From Chrysomallon squamiferum (taxonomy: Eukaryota > Animalia > Mollusca): a stretch of DNA of 64,000 bases. Numbering within the stretch: position 1 is the first letter of the stretch; every line of letters begins with the position of its first letter. The notes under the pieces are model-generated. The model was not told where the DNA came from and searched no databases. It saw only the letters and a program-made list of their open reading frames with translations. The stretch is from contig CM022679.1 in NCBI GenBank assembly GCA_012295275.1, positions 24,552,001 through 24,616,000 of the forward strand. Reading direction: 5' to 3'. Shown here piece by piece: positions 51,089 to 64,000 of the stretch. The position numbers and the translations under genes are program-made.

Positions 51089-52620
51089 CTATTGGAAATG
51101 CCGTATTTTGGCTGTTTTGACAGATCTAGGAGTCTTTCTATAATTAGAAAAATTCCTTCTATACTGCTTTGTGCTCTGTACAAGCAGTTTCTGTTTCCTG
51201 CAACAACAAGACAAAGAGATGATTTTCAACTCATCTATTCTTCTGCAGATTTGGGGATATTTGCTTTCCAAGGCCTTTGCAAGGATTTTTAAACATTCTG
51301 GTGTTCTTGAACTGTTCATGCTTTTAATAAATTTATTCCAGCTTTTCTTTTTTGATGAACAGCGCCAGATTTTCTCATACAGATCATCATCTACTATGGC
51401 TTCCTGACGCAAGACATCGATAACATCATTAACATCCACTTGGTTCACAATGTCACAGGCAATGCAGCTGTCAGCTTCAGTTGATTTTTCTATTCCAGAA
51501 TCAGTAAAGAAATTACCTACTAAATGAGGAAAATCCTTATCCAGATGTTTAACAAATACAGCCACTTTTTCATTGTCAGCATGTCTCATTTTGAGCAGCA
51601 GCTCTCGAGCTCTATCTCTCCTTGTTGGATGGGAGGTTATATCTTCTTGATCACTTTCAGAGATGACATGGTCCTGGAAAAGATAATCTAGGAGTTCGCC
51701 CAATGTGGGATCCAGGCCCTTGACCAGCACAAGATGATTCTCTTGCAACCACCTATGACAGTTGTTTCCTCCATGTTTATGTTTACAGATCTGCTTTGGT
51801 CTTTCATCACCTGTTAAAAAACATTATTTCTTTAAATTAGTAAATTTAATAAACACTGATTATAAGCTTAATAATGTGATCAAGACTTGTTTATTTTATT
51901 ACAAAAGAGAAATTGCTAATCTCACTTAATAACTGTACTGATATTATAATTTAGTTATTAAAAGTGGACTGCAAAAACCAAATACAATACAACCTAAAAG
52001 TATGCAGAATACTTCTAGACTGCATCTTCTTATTATCAAATATGCACTTTAAGGTCATTATTATAATCATCAGTCATTATTGTTTTTTAGCTATAGGTAT
52101 ATAGTTTACTGGCTTCTAATTCTTTTTGAACTTTAAAACAAAAAGTTTATCACATACCTCGGTATCTGGTTTCAGTTTCAGATATATCTTGTCCAGCTTC
52201 TTCATCTGTTGATGTAATAGATGATGATGAGCATTTGCTGTTTTCAACAACATTATTTTTCAGTTCCAGTTGTAACAGACGTTCTTGAACATTACTCAGA
52301 ACTGCAGACAAGCCTAAAACTTTTATCTCAACATTTGTTATTTCCTGCTGGTTACCTTTCTGAAATGTTGACAGATTTTCCTCAACACTTGTTTTAATAA
52401 TGGAAGCATAATTAGCCGACATTTTTAGTTGTCTTTTAATTGATTTAATTTCTTTAAATAGTTGTTTCTGATTTTGGACAATTGCCTCCAATTTTGTTTG
52501 CAGTTTTGAAATTTCTCCTTCATTCTGTTTGCATGATCTAATTTATTTTAAGATTTCTTTCTCATACTGAACAACTTCCTCCAATGTCACTTGCTTTTTT
52601 TTCTTTTCTCCTTCATTCAT
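51089..52620 (-). CDS. Coiled-coil + tandem CARD/death-fold protein, paralog 1 (coding exons 52620-52158, 51810-51089); in-frame TAA at 52545-52543
   Basis: LQENHLVLVKGLDPTLGELLDYLFQDHVISESDQEDITSHPTRRDRARELL is CARD-like; second unit VDVNDVIDVLRQEAIVDDDLYEKI; phase-1 GT-AG intron; probable non-coding first exon with donor near 54216. Confidence 0.7.
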
Positions 52621-52992
52621 TTTGTAAGTAAGTCTGATGATATGTAAAATAAAACCTGAAAAAAATAGTAATATTAAAAAATAATTATTAAAAAAATTCT
52701 GGAAAAATGTTCTGAAATATCAAGTTATTCTCTATGATTTAGCTGAAGTATAACTATTATGAGAGTACCTTAAAGATGAAGATATAAAATTATGTTTGAC
52801 ACCAAACCTGTTACCATCTGTTTTCAACACACATACAAATATTGTGCTTGATATCATGGATTATATGAATAAAAAAAACAGATGTTTGAATATTAAGTAA
52901 CAATGTTGAAAGTTTACATTCTTTATTAAACATTATGTTCAAACCTTATACGGTTTATATATATATATATGTCATTATACGGTTTATATATA

Positions 52993-53023
<31 letters not shown>

Positions 53024-54409
53024 TACAATAATCTGTAGTATAATTAAGTTCCTCTTTTTTGTCAATATAATATAGAGAATAATTTTAAAGTTTGCAAAGG
53101 ATGAAGCAATTCTTTTCAGGTACATAAAATTAAACACACACATACAGTGTACAAATAATGCCACACTTAAATGTGGATCTCGAACCAGCATAATCTAACC
53201 ATGGATAACTTGTACACTGACTGTTAAATTTAAAACAAAATAAAATAAAATAATAATCACAAAAATAACAACAATAAAAAAGAATGCAACAAAGTTGTCA
53301 GCATATTCAAATTTATTTCTTCTTGCTTTGAGGTCAGACTTTTTGGGCACTGGATGGATCTTAACATATCAACATGAGATCCAAATTCATTTCTTATTTG
53401 TTTTGAATTAGATTACTTAGGTTCTGAGCACTTTAAATAAGTTTAGCTAAGAAATCAATGATTTATTTTAATTTAATTTCTTTTTCCCTTTCTGCTTTGT
53501 AGAAGACATAAACATCTTTTACACTGACCAAGTATAACTAATCAGTTTTCAATAGCCTGAATAGATATCTTTATTTTCAGCATTGTCTTTGTCCTGCAAC
53601 ACCTTGAGTAAGACTTTAATTTGTCCTTTTGGGGACCTGTTGTTCCTACTGAATACTAATTTCTTTTTTGAATTTTGAAAAATAAGTTTTTAAAATAATG
53701 AAATTTAAGAAAAATTAACATTTCAAGAAAACCTTCAAATTAGTCCTTATTACATTGTAGTCATATTTTACAAACTAACACTTCAAAGTATATTTTCTAT
53801 ATTTTATTCAACTTTTATATTTCACATCATCCTTAAACATGTTTAATTTTGGTTAAAAATAAGTCACAAATTATTTTCAAAATCTTTTGGAAATAAGCAA
53901 ATGGCCACCTTACATTATAGGTATGTCCTACAAACACATTTCAAGCTTGCTTCTAATCATTATAATTAAAAAATTTTATGAATGTTATTTCAGTTTACAA
54001 ATAAAACTGTTAATAGTTGTTAATGATCTTGGTTGGTCTCTTTTTTGTTAATAATCAAAAGTTAAAACTAAAAACACAAAATAAAAAATCACTTCTCATT
54101 TGACTGAGAATATACAAAACCACAGAAACATGTAGCATGAACAGAAAACATTAACTGTTATTAGTGTTTTATTTAGATGAAAAAATAAATAAAGAAGTAA
54201 ATAAAATATTACTTACCTTTGTTTTGTAGTTGTTGGTGATACAATTAAAAAGGAACAAAATTAAATATGGCAGTTCAGGATGTGAAACTGACTGACTGAT
54301 CTCATGAAATCTCATTTGTGTTGACCCTATTTTTTGTTCACCCTATTTTTACACCTGTGGAAAGTATCTGACCTAACCAATTTACACTGGTTTATACTTG
54401 TGGGAAAAA

Positions 54410-54474
54410 GGGGAATCCCGTATTTGAAGTAACTATTTTACCTGTTTTATACTTATGCTAACAAGGGAATTCTC
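54410..54474. promoter_or_regulatory. Two kappa-B-like motifs (GGGGAATCCC 54410-54419; GGGAATTCTC 54465-54474) upstream of CARD paralog 1
   Basis: Exact or near match to GGGRNNYYCC; upstream of TCAGTCAGT Inr-like sequence at ~54290-54300 on the minus strand. Confidence 0.55.
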
Positions 54475-55626
54475 TATCTCCAGTAACAATTAGATGTTTT
54501 TTTTACTGTTAATGTACCACAATTTTCTGTTTTTATAAAATTGATATTTTCAAATGTTTACAAAATTATAACAGATTATTTAAGCAGATATATAATTCAG
54601 TCAGAGATTTAGTACATGCCTGTGATCGCACACATCTTGACCAGTTTTGCCAGATAGGTACCTAAAATTTTGACATAAAAAAATGTAAATGCTAAATGAT
54701 TATAAATTTTATCAATGATCTAGTATTATCATTATTACTGTATTAGTTTTTTGAAAAAGAAAAAAATGTTTCTAACCATTCTCTAGCCTAGCTGTACATT
54801 GTGACATAAAAGAAATTTCCTAGAAATCATCATGTTGTAATTTCTTTTTAATTTCACTGACAGATATTAACATGAACAAATAAGAAACAAAAGGTGAATT
54901 GTTGTACTGATAATTTGTTGAGGAAAACATACAATGTTTATATTTCTCTTTCAAATGTTATGATAAATGAAAACCAAACTATATATTTTTCATTAATGAC
55001 AGACAGTGTTAGGAAGGAGGGATACAGTTCATTATCAGCCTTTCAAATTCCAGCTGTTCTTAATGTCAAGTCTCATTAGAAATATTTTTCAGTTAGCTGC
55101 TATCTAGTTTCAACAAAACAAAAACATTTTTATGATTTCACTAGTTTCATTCGGCTAAAATGTGCTGTTCCAGTCAGATACTAATTTATTCCTGTACTGT
55201 TTTCATTAAAGCAAGTTTTAATATTTGATTTCATTAAACCATTCTAAATATAAACATATTATTATGTATCAGTATAAACCAGATTCCCAAAACTGTAACT
55301 AGATATAGTCCTCTGTTCAATATTTTCATATTTATAATACAAAAATGTCATGAAGGTTATAATAGAGCTAAAATATTTCAAATGAATTATTTCTGGAATT
55401 ATTAATTTATTACATAAATTTTATTATTATATCAAATACCTAAATCAGTTTTTCTAAATAGATTAGTAGATTGTGAGTGCCTCTCAAAACACATAATAAA
55501 CATTCAAAAAGATTCTGATTCAAATTTCACTTAAAGATGGAAAATCTGAGAATGTTGTAAATGTCCTAGGTTTATAAATGTTACAGAGAGAGAGAAAGAA
55601 AGAGAGAGGACCAATGTAAAAAGACA

Positions 55627-56110
55627 TGCGAGGAATCTGCAAGGGTTACATAGTTGCCTTTGATAAAATTCCAATTTGGTACTCATAAAACTGTTATTTC
55701 TTCTCTTTAATTTAAAACAATTTAATTATCTGTAAGGATTACACAGTATTTTTTAAATTGTTTGTACAGCCATGCATATAATTATACAAACACAATTTCA
55801 ACTTCCATCGTTTATTTACCATATTTAGTGGAATCTTTTTTTTAACTCCTGGGATTATAAGCAATAAAGTTTTCTAAAATGTTGAAATAAAGCTTTTTCA
55901 GTTCACCACCTGTTCAGTGGAATATAATAATTATTTATCAGTTTTTAAATTTTCAGTGACGAGAAGACAAGACAAATATATAAATGTGTGTGTGGGTGTG
56001 TGAGTGTGTGGGGGGGTTTAACAAGATAAGTAATAATAATAATTCTTCAAAAAATATTAACAATGGTTTTTTAAACACCATTTTCAAGCTATGATGGGTG
56101 CTTGAGTATT
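55627..56110 (+). pseudogene. LSM11 duplicate fragment (3' part of exon 2 and degraded start of exon 3)
   Basis: tgcgaggaatctgcaagggttacatagttgcctttgataaa matches LSM11 exon 2, followed by indels; acaccattttcaagctatgatgg has lost the exon-3 context. Confidence 0.85.
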
Positions 56111-57287
56111 ACTGAGTGCTTTGTTTATTTTTCTGGAGATCTTTTGATATATTTTTTTTAATTACTTTATTCAGAGATGTATACCATTTGTTTTTGTTTG
56201 GTTATCTTTTTTGGATACACATACTGTATATTAAAATTTTATTTATTTCTTTGTTTGTTTTTCTTTTTCAAATTTGGTTTTGATATCTTGTTGTTTCTGC
56301 TTCTATAAAGTCAAAGTCAGCATAACTATGTTGGTTATTATCTACTGCCAACTAATGTTCTGTTAATATGTAAATGATGTTTTAGATAAATTTAAATATT
56401 TAATTTATTTATTTATTTCTGAAATGTCTCTACCTCAGAATGTATTCTTGATAACCAAGAAAATAACATATGGAAAATTTTGATTTTTTTTTTTTTTCTA
56501 TGCAATCTACATTTAAATATTTTATTTATTTATTATTTTTATTTTTATTTTTTTATTTTTTTATTTATTTTATTTTATTTTTATGTCTTTGATATTTGTA
56601 TTATCTAATTTATATTTTAGAAATATGAATTAGTAACTTAAAAAAAAAAGAAAAAAAGAAAAAACAACACTGGAAAAAAATCATCATTGAAATTGTCATT
56701 TAATTGTTCCACAGATTTTGAATTCTTTTTTTCATTTATTTTATTATTCATACACTTTCACACACGATTAATTATATATATGCAGACACTAAGACATAAA
56801 TTCATCTAATAAGGCAGAGCAAGAATTTAAAATATCTCAGATATTAAAAACAGATTTGCATTACAGTAGTTATACAGTTCTAAAATCTTATTCAACTCAG
56901 CATATTGTAATGGCAACTTAATAATATAATTAATTCTACAAACTTTTCTTCTGATTTTTTTTTTTTTTCCTTCCAAAAATGAAGACATTTTTACAATAAA
57001 ATTGAGAATTAAATTGATTTCATTGTACATCCATCATTCTTTTTAACTCTTTTGTCTATAAAATATCAAACAAATGTTACTCAAGCCAGAATAATTGCTC
57101 TTATGCCGATTCGAATTAGTTTAAGTTTTCCAAGCCTGGTCTTTTTGTTAATTATAGAGTTTTATCTTTCTGGTTTTTTATTCTCAAGTGGTCTTTTTAG
57201 TTTTCATTTTCAAGTCTTCATCTTTTTCTGTGTCCTCATGGTACCAGCTTTCATAATCTTGTAGATCTGATAAGGATGGTTAACTCT

Positions 57288-58592
57288 CTACTCGGAATGC
57301 CATGGTTTGTCTGTTTTGGCAGGTCTAGGACTCTTTTTAACAATCGTTGAATGATTCCTTCTGTTCCGCTTTGTGCTCTGTACTTTCTGTTTCCTACAAC
57401 AACAAGACAAAGTACTGATTTTCATCTCATCCATTCTTTTGCAGATTTTGGGATATTTGCTTTCCAAGGCCTTTGCAAGGATTTTTAAACATTCTGGCAT
57501 TCTTGAACTGTTCATGCTTTTAATAAATTTATTCCAGCCTTTCTTTTTTGTTGAACAGCGCCAGATTTGCTCATACAGGTCGTCATCTATTATGAATTCC
57601 TGATATAGGACATCAATCACATCATTAACATTCACCTGGTTGACAACATCACAGGCAAGGCAGCTTAACTCTCCTGTTTCAGAATCAGTTGAGAAATTAC
57701 TCACTAGATGCGGAAAATCTTTCTTCAGATGTTGAACAAACAGAGTAACCTTTTCATTGTCAACATGTCTCATTATCAACAGCAACTCTCGAGTTTGGTC
57801 TTTCCTTGTTCCATGGGAGGTTATATGTTCTTTATCACTATCAGAGATGACATGGTCCTGGAAAAGATAATCTAGGAGTAAGCCCCGTGAGGGATCCAGG
57901 CCCTTGACCAGGACAAGATGATTCTCTTGCAACCACCTTTGACAGTTGTTTCCTCCATGTTTATGTTTACAGATCTGCTTTGGTCTTTCATAACCTGTTA
58001 AAAAACATTATTTCTTTAAATTAGTAAATTTAGTAAACATTGATTATAAGCTTAATAATGAGATAATGAGTTATTTGTTTTATTATAAAAGAGAAATTGC
58101 TAATCTTATTTTAAAACTGTATTCTTGATATTATATTTAGTTATTAATTAAAAGAGGACTGCAAAAACCAAATAAAATATAACATGAAAGTATTCAGAAT
58201 ATATTTGGATTGTGTCTTCTTATTATCAAAGATACACTTTTAATATCATTATTATAATCATCATTGTTTTAATTATTATTATTATTATTGTTTGCTATAG
58301 GTATATAGTTTCCTTGTTTCTATTATTTTTTGAACTTTTAAACAAAAAGTTATCACATACTTCTGGATATGGATTCAGTTTCAGGTATAGCTTGTCCAGT
58401 TTCTTCATCTGTTGATGAAATAGATGATGAAGAGATTTCACTATTTTCATCCACATTAATTTTCAGTTCCAGTTGTCTCAGACATTTGTGAAGATTATTC
58501 AAATCTGTTGACATCTTTTGGCCAATCGTGTCCAATTTCATTGAAATTTCTTGTAATGTCACTTGCGTTTCTTGGTTTTCTTCTTCATTCAT
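57288..58592 (-). CDS. Coiled-coil + tandem CARD/death-fold protein, paralog 2, ~312 aa (exons 58592-58361, 57994-57288)
   Basis: Intact frame (939 nt); same intron position and phase as paralog 1; shorter coiled-coil. Confidence 0.78.
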
Positions 58593-60005
58593 TTTGTAAA
58601 TAACTGAAGATGTGCAGAATAAAGTCTGAAAAAAAAAAATAATAATACAAAAATAAAAAATTGTTCTGCCATAATTTTCTGAAATGTCAAGTTATTCTCT
58701 GTGACTTAGCTGAAGTATAACTATTAGGAGAAACCCTTAAAGATAAAGATACAAAATAAAATTATTTTTAGCACCAAAATTGTTAACTAGTATTTAGTTA
58801 TCATTTATTTTTAACACACATACAGATACTTGTGTCTGATATCATAGATTATATAAATTAAGAACTTCAAGGTGCTTGAATATTGAATAACAATGTGAAA
58901 GTTTAAACAACTACATTGTTTATTAAACTTTAAGCTGCAAACCTTATAAGTCTTATATAATATATGTGTGTGTGTGTATATATATATATATATACTTTAA
59001 TAGAAGTAACTTTATTTATTGTTATTTACCTTAATCTCTAGCATCACTAAGTTCCTGTGGTCTTTTGACAGTATAATTATAGAGAATGATATTAAAGTTA
59101 GTGAAGGAATATGTCTAGCAAAATTAGAATGCAATTCTTTTCAGGTATTTAAAATAGTGTGTCTGTCAGTGTGTTTAATATACAAACAATAACTAATAAT
59201 AATAACAACAACAAAAATATTACAACAAAGTTGTCAGCAAATGATTCAAATTCATTTTTTATTGCTTTGAGGTCAGCCTATTTGGGCACTGGATGGATCT
59301 TAACATCTATCAACATGAGATCCAAATTCATTTCTTATTTGTTTTGTAATATATTACTTTGGTTCTGAGCTCTAAATAAGTTTAGCTAAGAAATCAATGG
59401 TTGTTTTCATTTAATTTTTATTTCCTTTCTGCTTTGTAGAAGACATAAACATCTTGTACATTGTCTAAGTAGAACTACAAACTAACACTTCTAAGTATAT
59501 TTTGTTTATTTTATACAACTTTTTATATTTCACATCATCATTAAACATATTAAATTTAGGTTAAAAATAAGTCACAAAGTTCTCCAAAATGTCCTCCTTT
59601 TGGCAATGAGGAAATGGTCACACTACATTTCAGGTTTGTCCTAAAAACTTAGCAAAATATTATTTCAATTTACAAATGAAAGCTGTTAATAGTTGTTCAT
59701 GAACTTTGTTGGTCTCTTTTTTGTTAATGATCAAAAATTGAAAATATGAAATGCAGTATGAAATCACTTCTCATTCGGCTGAGAATTTACAAAACTACAG
59801 AAACATGTAGCATGAACAGAAAATATTAACTGTTTAATTAGTGTTTTATTTGGATGAAAAAATAAATGAAGAAGTAAATAAAATATTATTTACCTTTGAT
59901 TGTTAAGTGAGAGATATTAACAAAAACATACAAGTAATAAAATTCAATATGGCAGGAGCATAGGAAAACTGACTGACTGACCTTGATTTATACCTATGGA
60001 AACAA

Positions 60006-60016
60006 GGGGAATCCCC
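60006..60016. promoter_or_regulatory. kappa-B motif GGGGAATCCCC upstream of CARD paralog 2
   Basis: Near-palindromic consensus site close to the Inr-like TCAGTCAGT (~59970-59980) and the putative exon-1 donor (~59893). Confidence 0.6.
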
Positions 60017-60065
60017 AAATACTTGTCTCAAGTACTATTAAATTATTTTTTAGTTTTTATTTTTT

Positions 60066-60096
<31 letters not shown>

Positions 60097-61872
60097 GTTA
60101 ACATGCTGCAATTCTCTGTTTTTCATAAAATTGATATTTTCAAATGTTGAAGAAAATAACAAAATTATAACAGATTATTTAAGCAGATATGTAATTCTGT
60201 CAGAGATTAGAGTACATACCTAAGATCACATGATCAGTGCCCCAGAGTGAGATATTAAAGCCATAACCACTTTCAACCAGAATGGCATCTAAAGATGTCA
60301 CATTCAAAAATGATAAAGGCTAAATGGTTTTTAATTTTATGAATGACCTAGTATATATCAAAACATCATCATTATTACTGTAATAGTTTATTTTTAGCCA
60401 TTCTCTAACCCAGATGTACTTTGTAATATATAAGAAATTTCCTAGAAATCATCATGTTGTAACTTCTTTTTAATTTCTCTGACAGATATTAACATGAACA
60501 AATAAGAAACAAAAGGTGAATTGTTGTATTGATAATTTATTGACGAAAGCATACAGAGTGTTTATATTTCTCTTACAAATGTTATGATAAATGAAAACAA
60601 ACTATATTTTTTTTCATTAACAACAGACAAGATCAGTGATGGAAATGAGGAAGTAGATTAAAAACCTTTCAGCTTCCAACTGTTTTTAATGTTAAATTTC
60701 ACTAAAACTATTTCTCAGTTTCCTGTTGTCAAGTTGCTACCAAATAAAAATATTTTTATATTCTCAGCAGTTTCAGTCAACTAAAATTATTAATAGCGTG
60801 CTTTTCCAACCAAATATTATTTTATTCTGTGCACTGTTTTTGCATTAAAGCAGTTTTGTTTTATATTTGATATAATTACACTTGATTATATTATTCCATT
60901 CCAAATATAAACATGTCATTAAGTACTAGTATAAACCAGATTCCCAAATCCATCACTAGATATAGTCCTCTGTCTAATATTTCCATATTTACAATACAAA
61001 AATGTCATGAAGGTTATAATACTGCTAAAATATGTATAATGTAATAATTCATTTTTATCACAGATTGCCTTATATTATAAAGTACGCTTGTTTAATACAA
61101 ACAAAAAAATAAATCTAAAAAAAATGTATTCTTCAAAATTACATTTGAAATGATTTTTCATTATTTTAAAAAAAAATTATATAATTTTGAATAAAAAGTT
61201 CATTTTATTATCATTTTGTGCTTTTATTTAATGTGTAAGAATAAAATATAATTTAAAAAAAAAAAAAATTAATTTTACTTAACACTAACACTGAACAGTC
61301 TAAAGTATGCAATATTTCAATTTATCTTTCAGGGTTTCATATTCATTGATGATTTTTTTTTTTTTTTTAGTTTCTGTTTTTTTTTAATTTAGTAAGTGAA
61401 ATTAAAATACAAGAAAACTGTTACCTAAAGAACAAAATATATCAGTTATTTGACATTTATTTATCTCCATTGAAACATTCAAGTGTGTCTTATGCTATAA
61501 GAAATTGTGAAAAATCATACAGCAGAACCATGAAATAATTTTTATTTCTCTGGGAATTCTTTTCTCAATTTTTTTATTGTTAATTTAATTTATTTTTATT
61601 TTTATTTTTTAATTGTTTTTTAATCAAGGCTTTCAGGACTCCAGCTGAGAGAGGCTGATATAAAGAATATTTAAAAAAAATAAAAAAAAAAAAAGAAAAA
61701 AGCATGCTATGAACTCCAATGCCTAAATATACACACAATATTTCAATAATAAGCTGATAGCCAATATGTCATGTTACCTTTCTTGTATCCCTTTATTAAT
61801 GGTGCTACAAAACAAGCAATTCAAAAGTTAATAAAATACATTTATCAAATATATAACCGGTATATATAAATA

Positions 61873-61909
<37 letters not shown>

Positions 61910-62904
61910 AATGATGTTAGGGGTTTTTTTTAAAGTGTTTCAGTATATACATAAGATAAAGAAAAAATAACACTGCAAAAATCCAAAACTTATTCACAAA
62001 CGTCTAAAATATATATTTGTAAGTAATACCTACCAACAATTGGACAAAATAATTATATATTATAAACAATGTAAAAATAATTTTTGAGTATGTGGTTCTT
62101 AATGAGGTGAGATTAAAATTATGTAAAGACAAAATACTTACAATTTTCTTATATACATAAATGTTTGCTTTGAACGGTAACCAACATATATAAATATATA
62201 TACTACTGTCATGCTGTTATTTCAGGCAAACTATGAAATTTATTTTAAAAAACATGAAATATTAAAAATTCATACATAGCATCCCCATTTGATTGACACT
62301 CAAGCTATGTGCACTACATGCTAAGATGTTCAAAAAAGAAGAGAAAAAAGTCCACACTTAAAATAACACGTTGAAGTGGGGATGGAAATTTTATTAAATT
62401 TTATTTTTATTTTTATTTTTATTTTTATTTTTATTAATTTTTTTTTTTTTTTTTTTTCATTTTTTTATTATTTTTTTTTTAGTTCTTTTTTTCATTTTTT
62501 TTTAGTAATATGCATTTTTCTTCTGAAAGATACATGATCACAAGCAACATATCTACCAGCAATGGTTTTATGCTCCATATGGTGTCTTTCTTCTTTTAAT
62601 TTGTGTTAGAAGATGCATAATTGGCAAAATAATATTTTCTAATAAAAAAAGAAAGCTTAGGAAGAAACAGATTAAAATTAACAACATAAAGGGCCATCAG
62701 TACTCTGATCTTATCAAAATAAACACATTCTGTATAAAAATACTTGACTGACTTTGTCATTATGTATAAGTATACATGAGAAAAAAGTTAAAATATACAT
62801 TGAAATAATTATTGCTTATTTTAAAAGAATTATAAATACACTTTTATCAAAACACAAGTTATACAAAATATTATTTATTTTACAATATACATATATTCAA
62901 CAAA

Positions 62905-62910
62905 TGTATG

Positions 62911-62963
<53 letters not shown>

Positions 62964-63022
62964 GTATGTGTATATGTGTATATGTATATAAATATATATA
63001 TATATACATGCATATACATATA
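62905..63022. repeat. (TATATG)n / (TA)n simple repeat
   Basis: Seen directly. Confidence 0.9.
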
Positions 63023-64000
63023 TGTAAAAATTAAAAGTCAGTAATATAAATTGCATAATGATGTCAGATGTAACAATGATGTTTCTTTCTGCTTAAAATA
63101 AATAAATAAATATATTGTTTTTTATTTTAGTTTATAGGTAGAGAATAGTGAATGTTCAGTTTAATATTTTCCATTACTGAATTTCCTTTTTCTTACAAGG
63201 AATGGCAATAGTATTGATAGCATTTTATGCATTTAATTTGCTGTTTAAAACTGAATGTGCAGACACAGCAGTGAATTATGAGAACAATCTATATTTCTGA
63301 TTTTCCGGTGATATTTTGACCTCAAAACTTTAATGAAAAGAGGTTGATGGCTGCAGAATAAAATTGCAAGTTTCTCTGTTGTTTGTTATTTTTCTTTTCA
63401 TTACCTTTTTTTAGAAAGATATTTAATGCACATTTAGTTTTTTTTAAATCATCTTTATTTTTTTATATGTAATATTTAAACCAGAGCATGTAATTATAAA
63501 ACTTTAAGTAAAACAAATAACAAAAATATTATATAAAAATTATTTTTAAAAATCAAATAAATGATTTAAAACACAATTTGTTTAAAAAAATAAACGCATA
63601 AATAACAGATTTAATACTTTAAAAAAGGTATATGAGAAATGTATTATGTATAAATATGTTTAGGAAGTAATATTTTCTCATATGTAATTTTTACTATTAA
63701 ATATTCTGCAGTATATTTCTTGATCTGTGTTGAACTCATGTGATTTTGTCAGTCCACTGCACTAATTGTTTTTCAGTTTCTCATTGCATATCTATAACTG
63801 AAAACGTTTATGCTAAAGTCATGGATCTGTAGTTCTGTATATTCATTGATCTGAAATACAAAAAGAAAATATCTTTACATCATTTATAAGTAGTTTAAAT
63901 TATTGACATTTTACAGAGATTATACTTTTTTTCTTTCTTTTTTTTTTAAATACCAAAATCGTAGCAATTATTCATATAAATTATTTAAAAAAATTAAATT

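Larger units (their letters stand above)
48640..61030. repeat. Tandem segmental duplication (~48640-55380 vs ~55500-61030)
   Basis: Collinear shared blocks: caaaagattctgattca (~48640/~55505), LSM11 exon-2 piece, CARD gene exons and introns, gacagatattaacatgaacaaataagaaac (~54860/60481), aaatgtcatgaaggttataat (~55345/~61000). Confidence 0.9.

Noticed and set aside
61030-64000. Short ORFs and AT-rich tracts at the right end
   Set aside because: Low-complexity intergenic/intronic sequence; the 62754 ORF is a (TATATG)n translation

Overview
AT-rich animal genomic DNA; the 5S rRNA sequence looks lophotrochozoan, probably molluscan (inference). About 4.2-39.4 kb is a tandem array of a ~2.6 kb unit. 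Each unit holds three genes: an intronless ~100-aa orphan ORF (- strand, 14 copies), a 7SL/SRP RNA gene (+, 13 copies) and a 5S rRNA gene (-, 13 intact copies). The orphan ORF is not a histone, yet it is built like a replication-dependent histone gene: TATA box and CATTC cap site, no intron, a 16-nt histone-type stem-loop (GGCTCTTTTAAGGGCC) 38 nt after the stop, then a purine-rich HDE-like element. At the left edge a degenerate 5S gene is split by an L1/Tx1-like retrotransposon fragment. Right of the array lie CCDC166 (7 exons, one U12-type intron) and, head-to-head with it, LSM11, the U7 snRNP subunit for histone mRNA 3' processing. A ~6 kb tandem duplication follows, with two coiled-coil + tandem-CARD genes carrying kappa-B motifs and an LSM11 fragment. 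All calls were made by eye; no database search was run.
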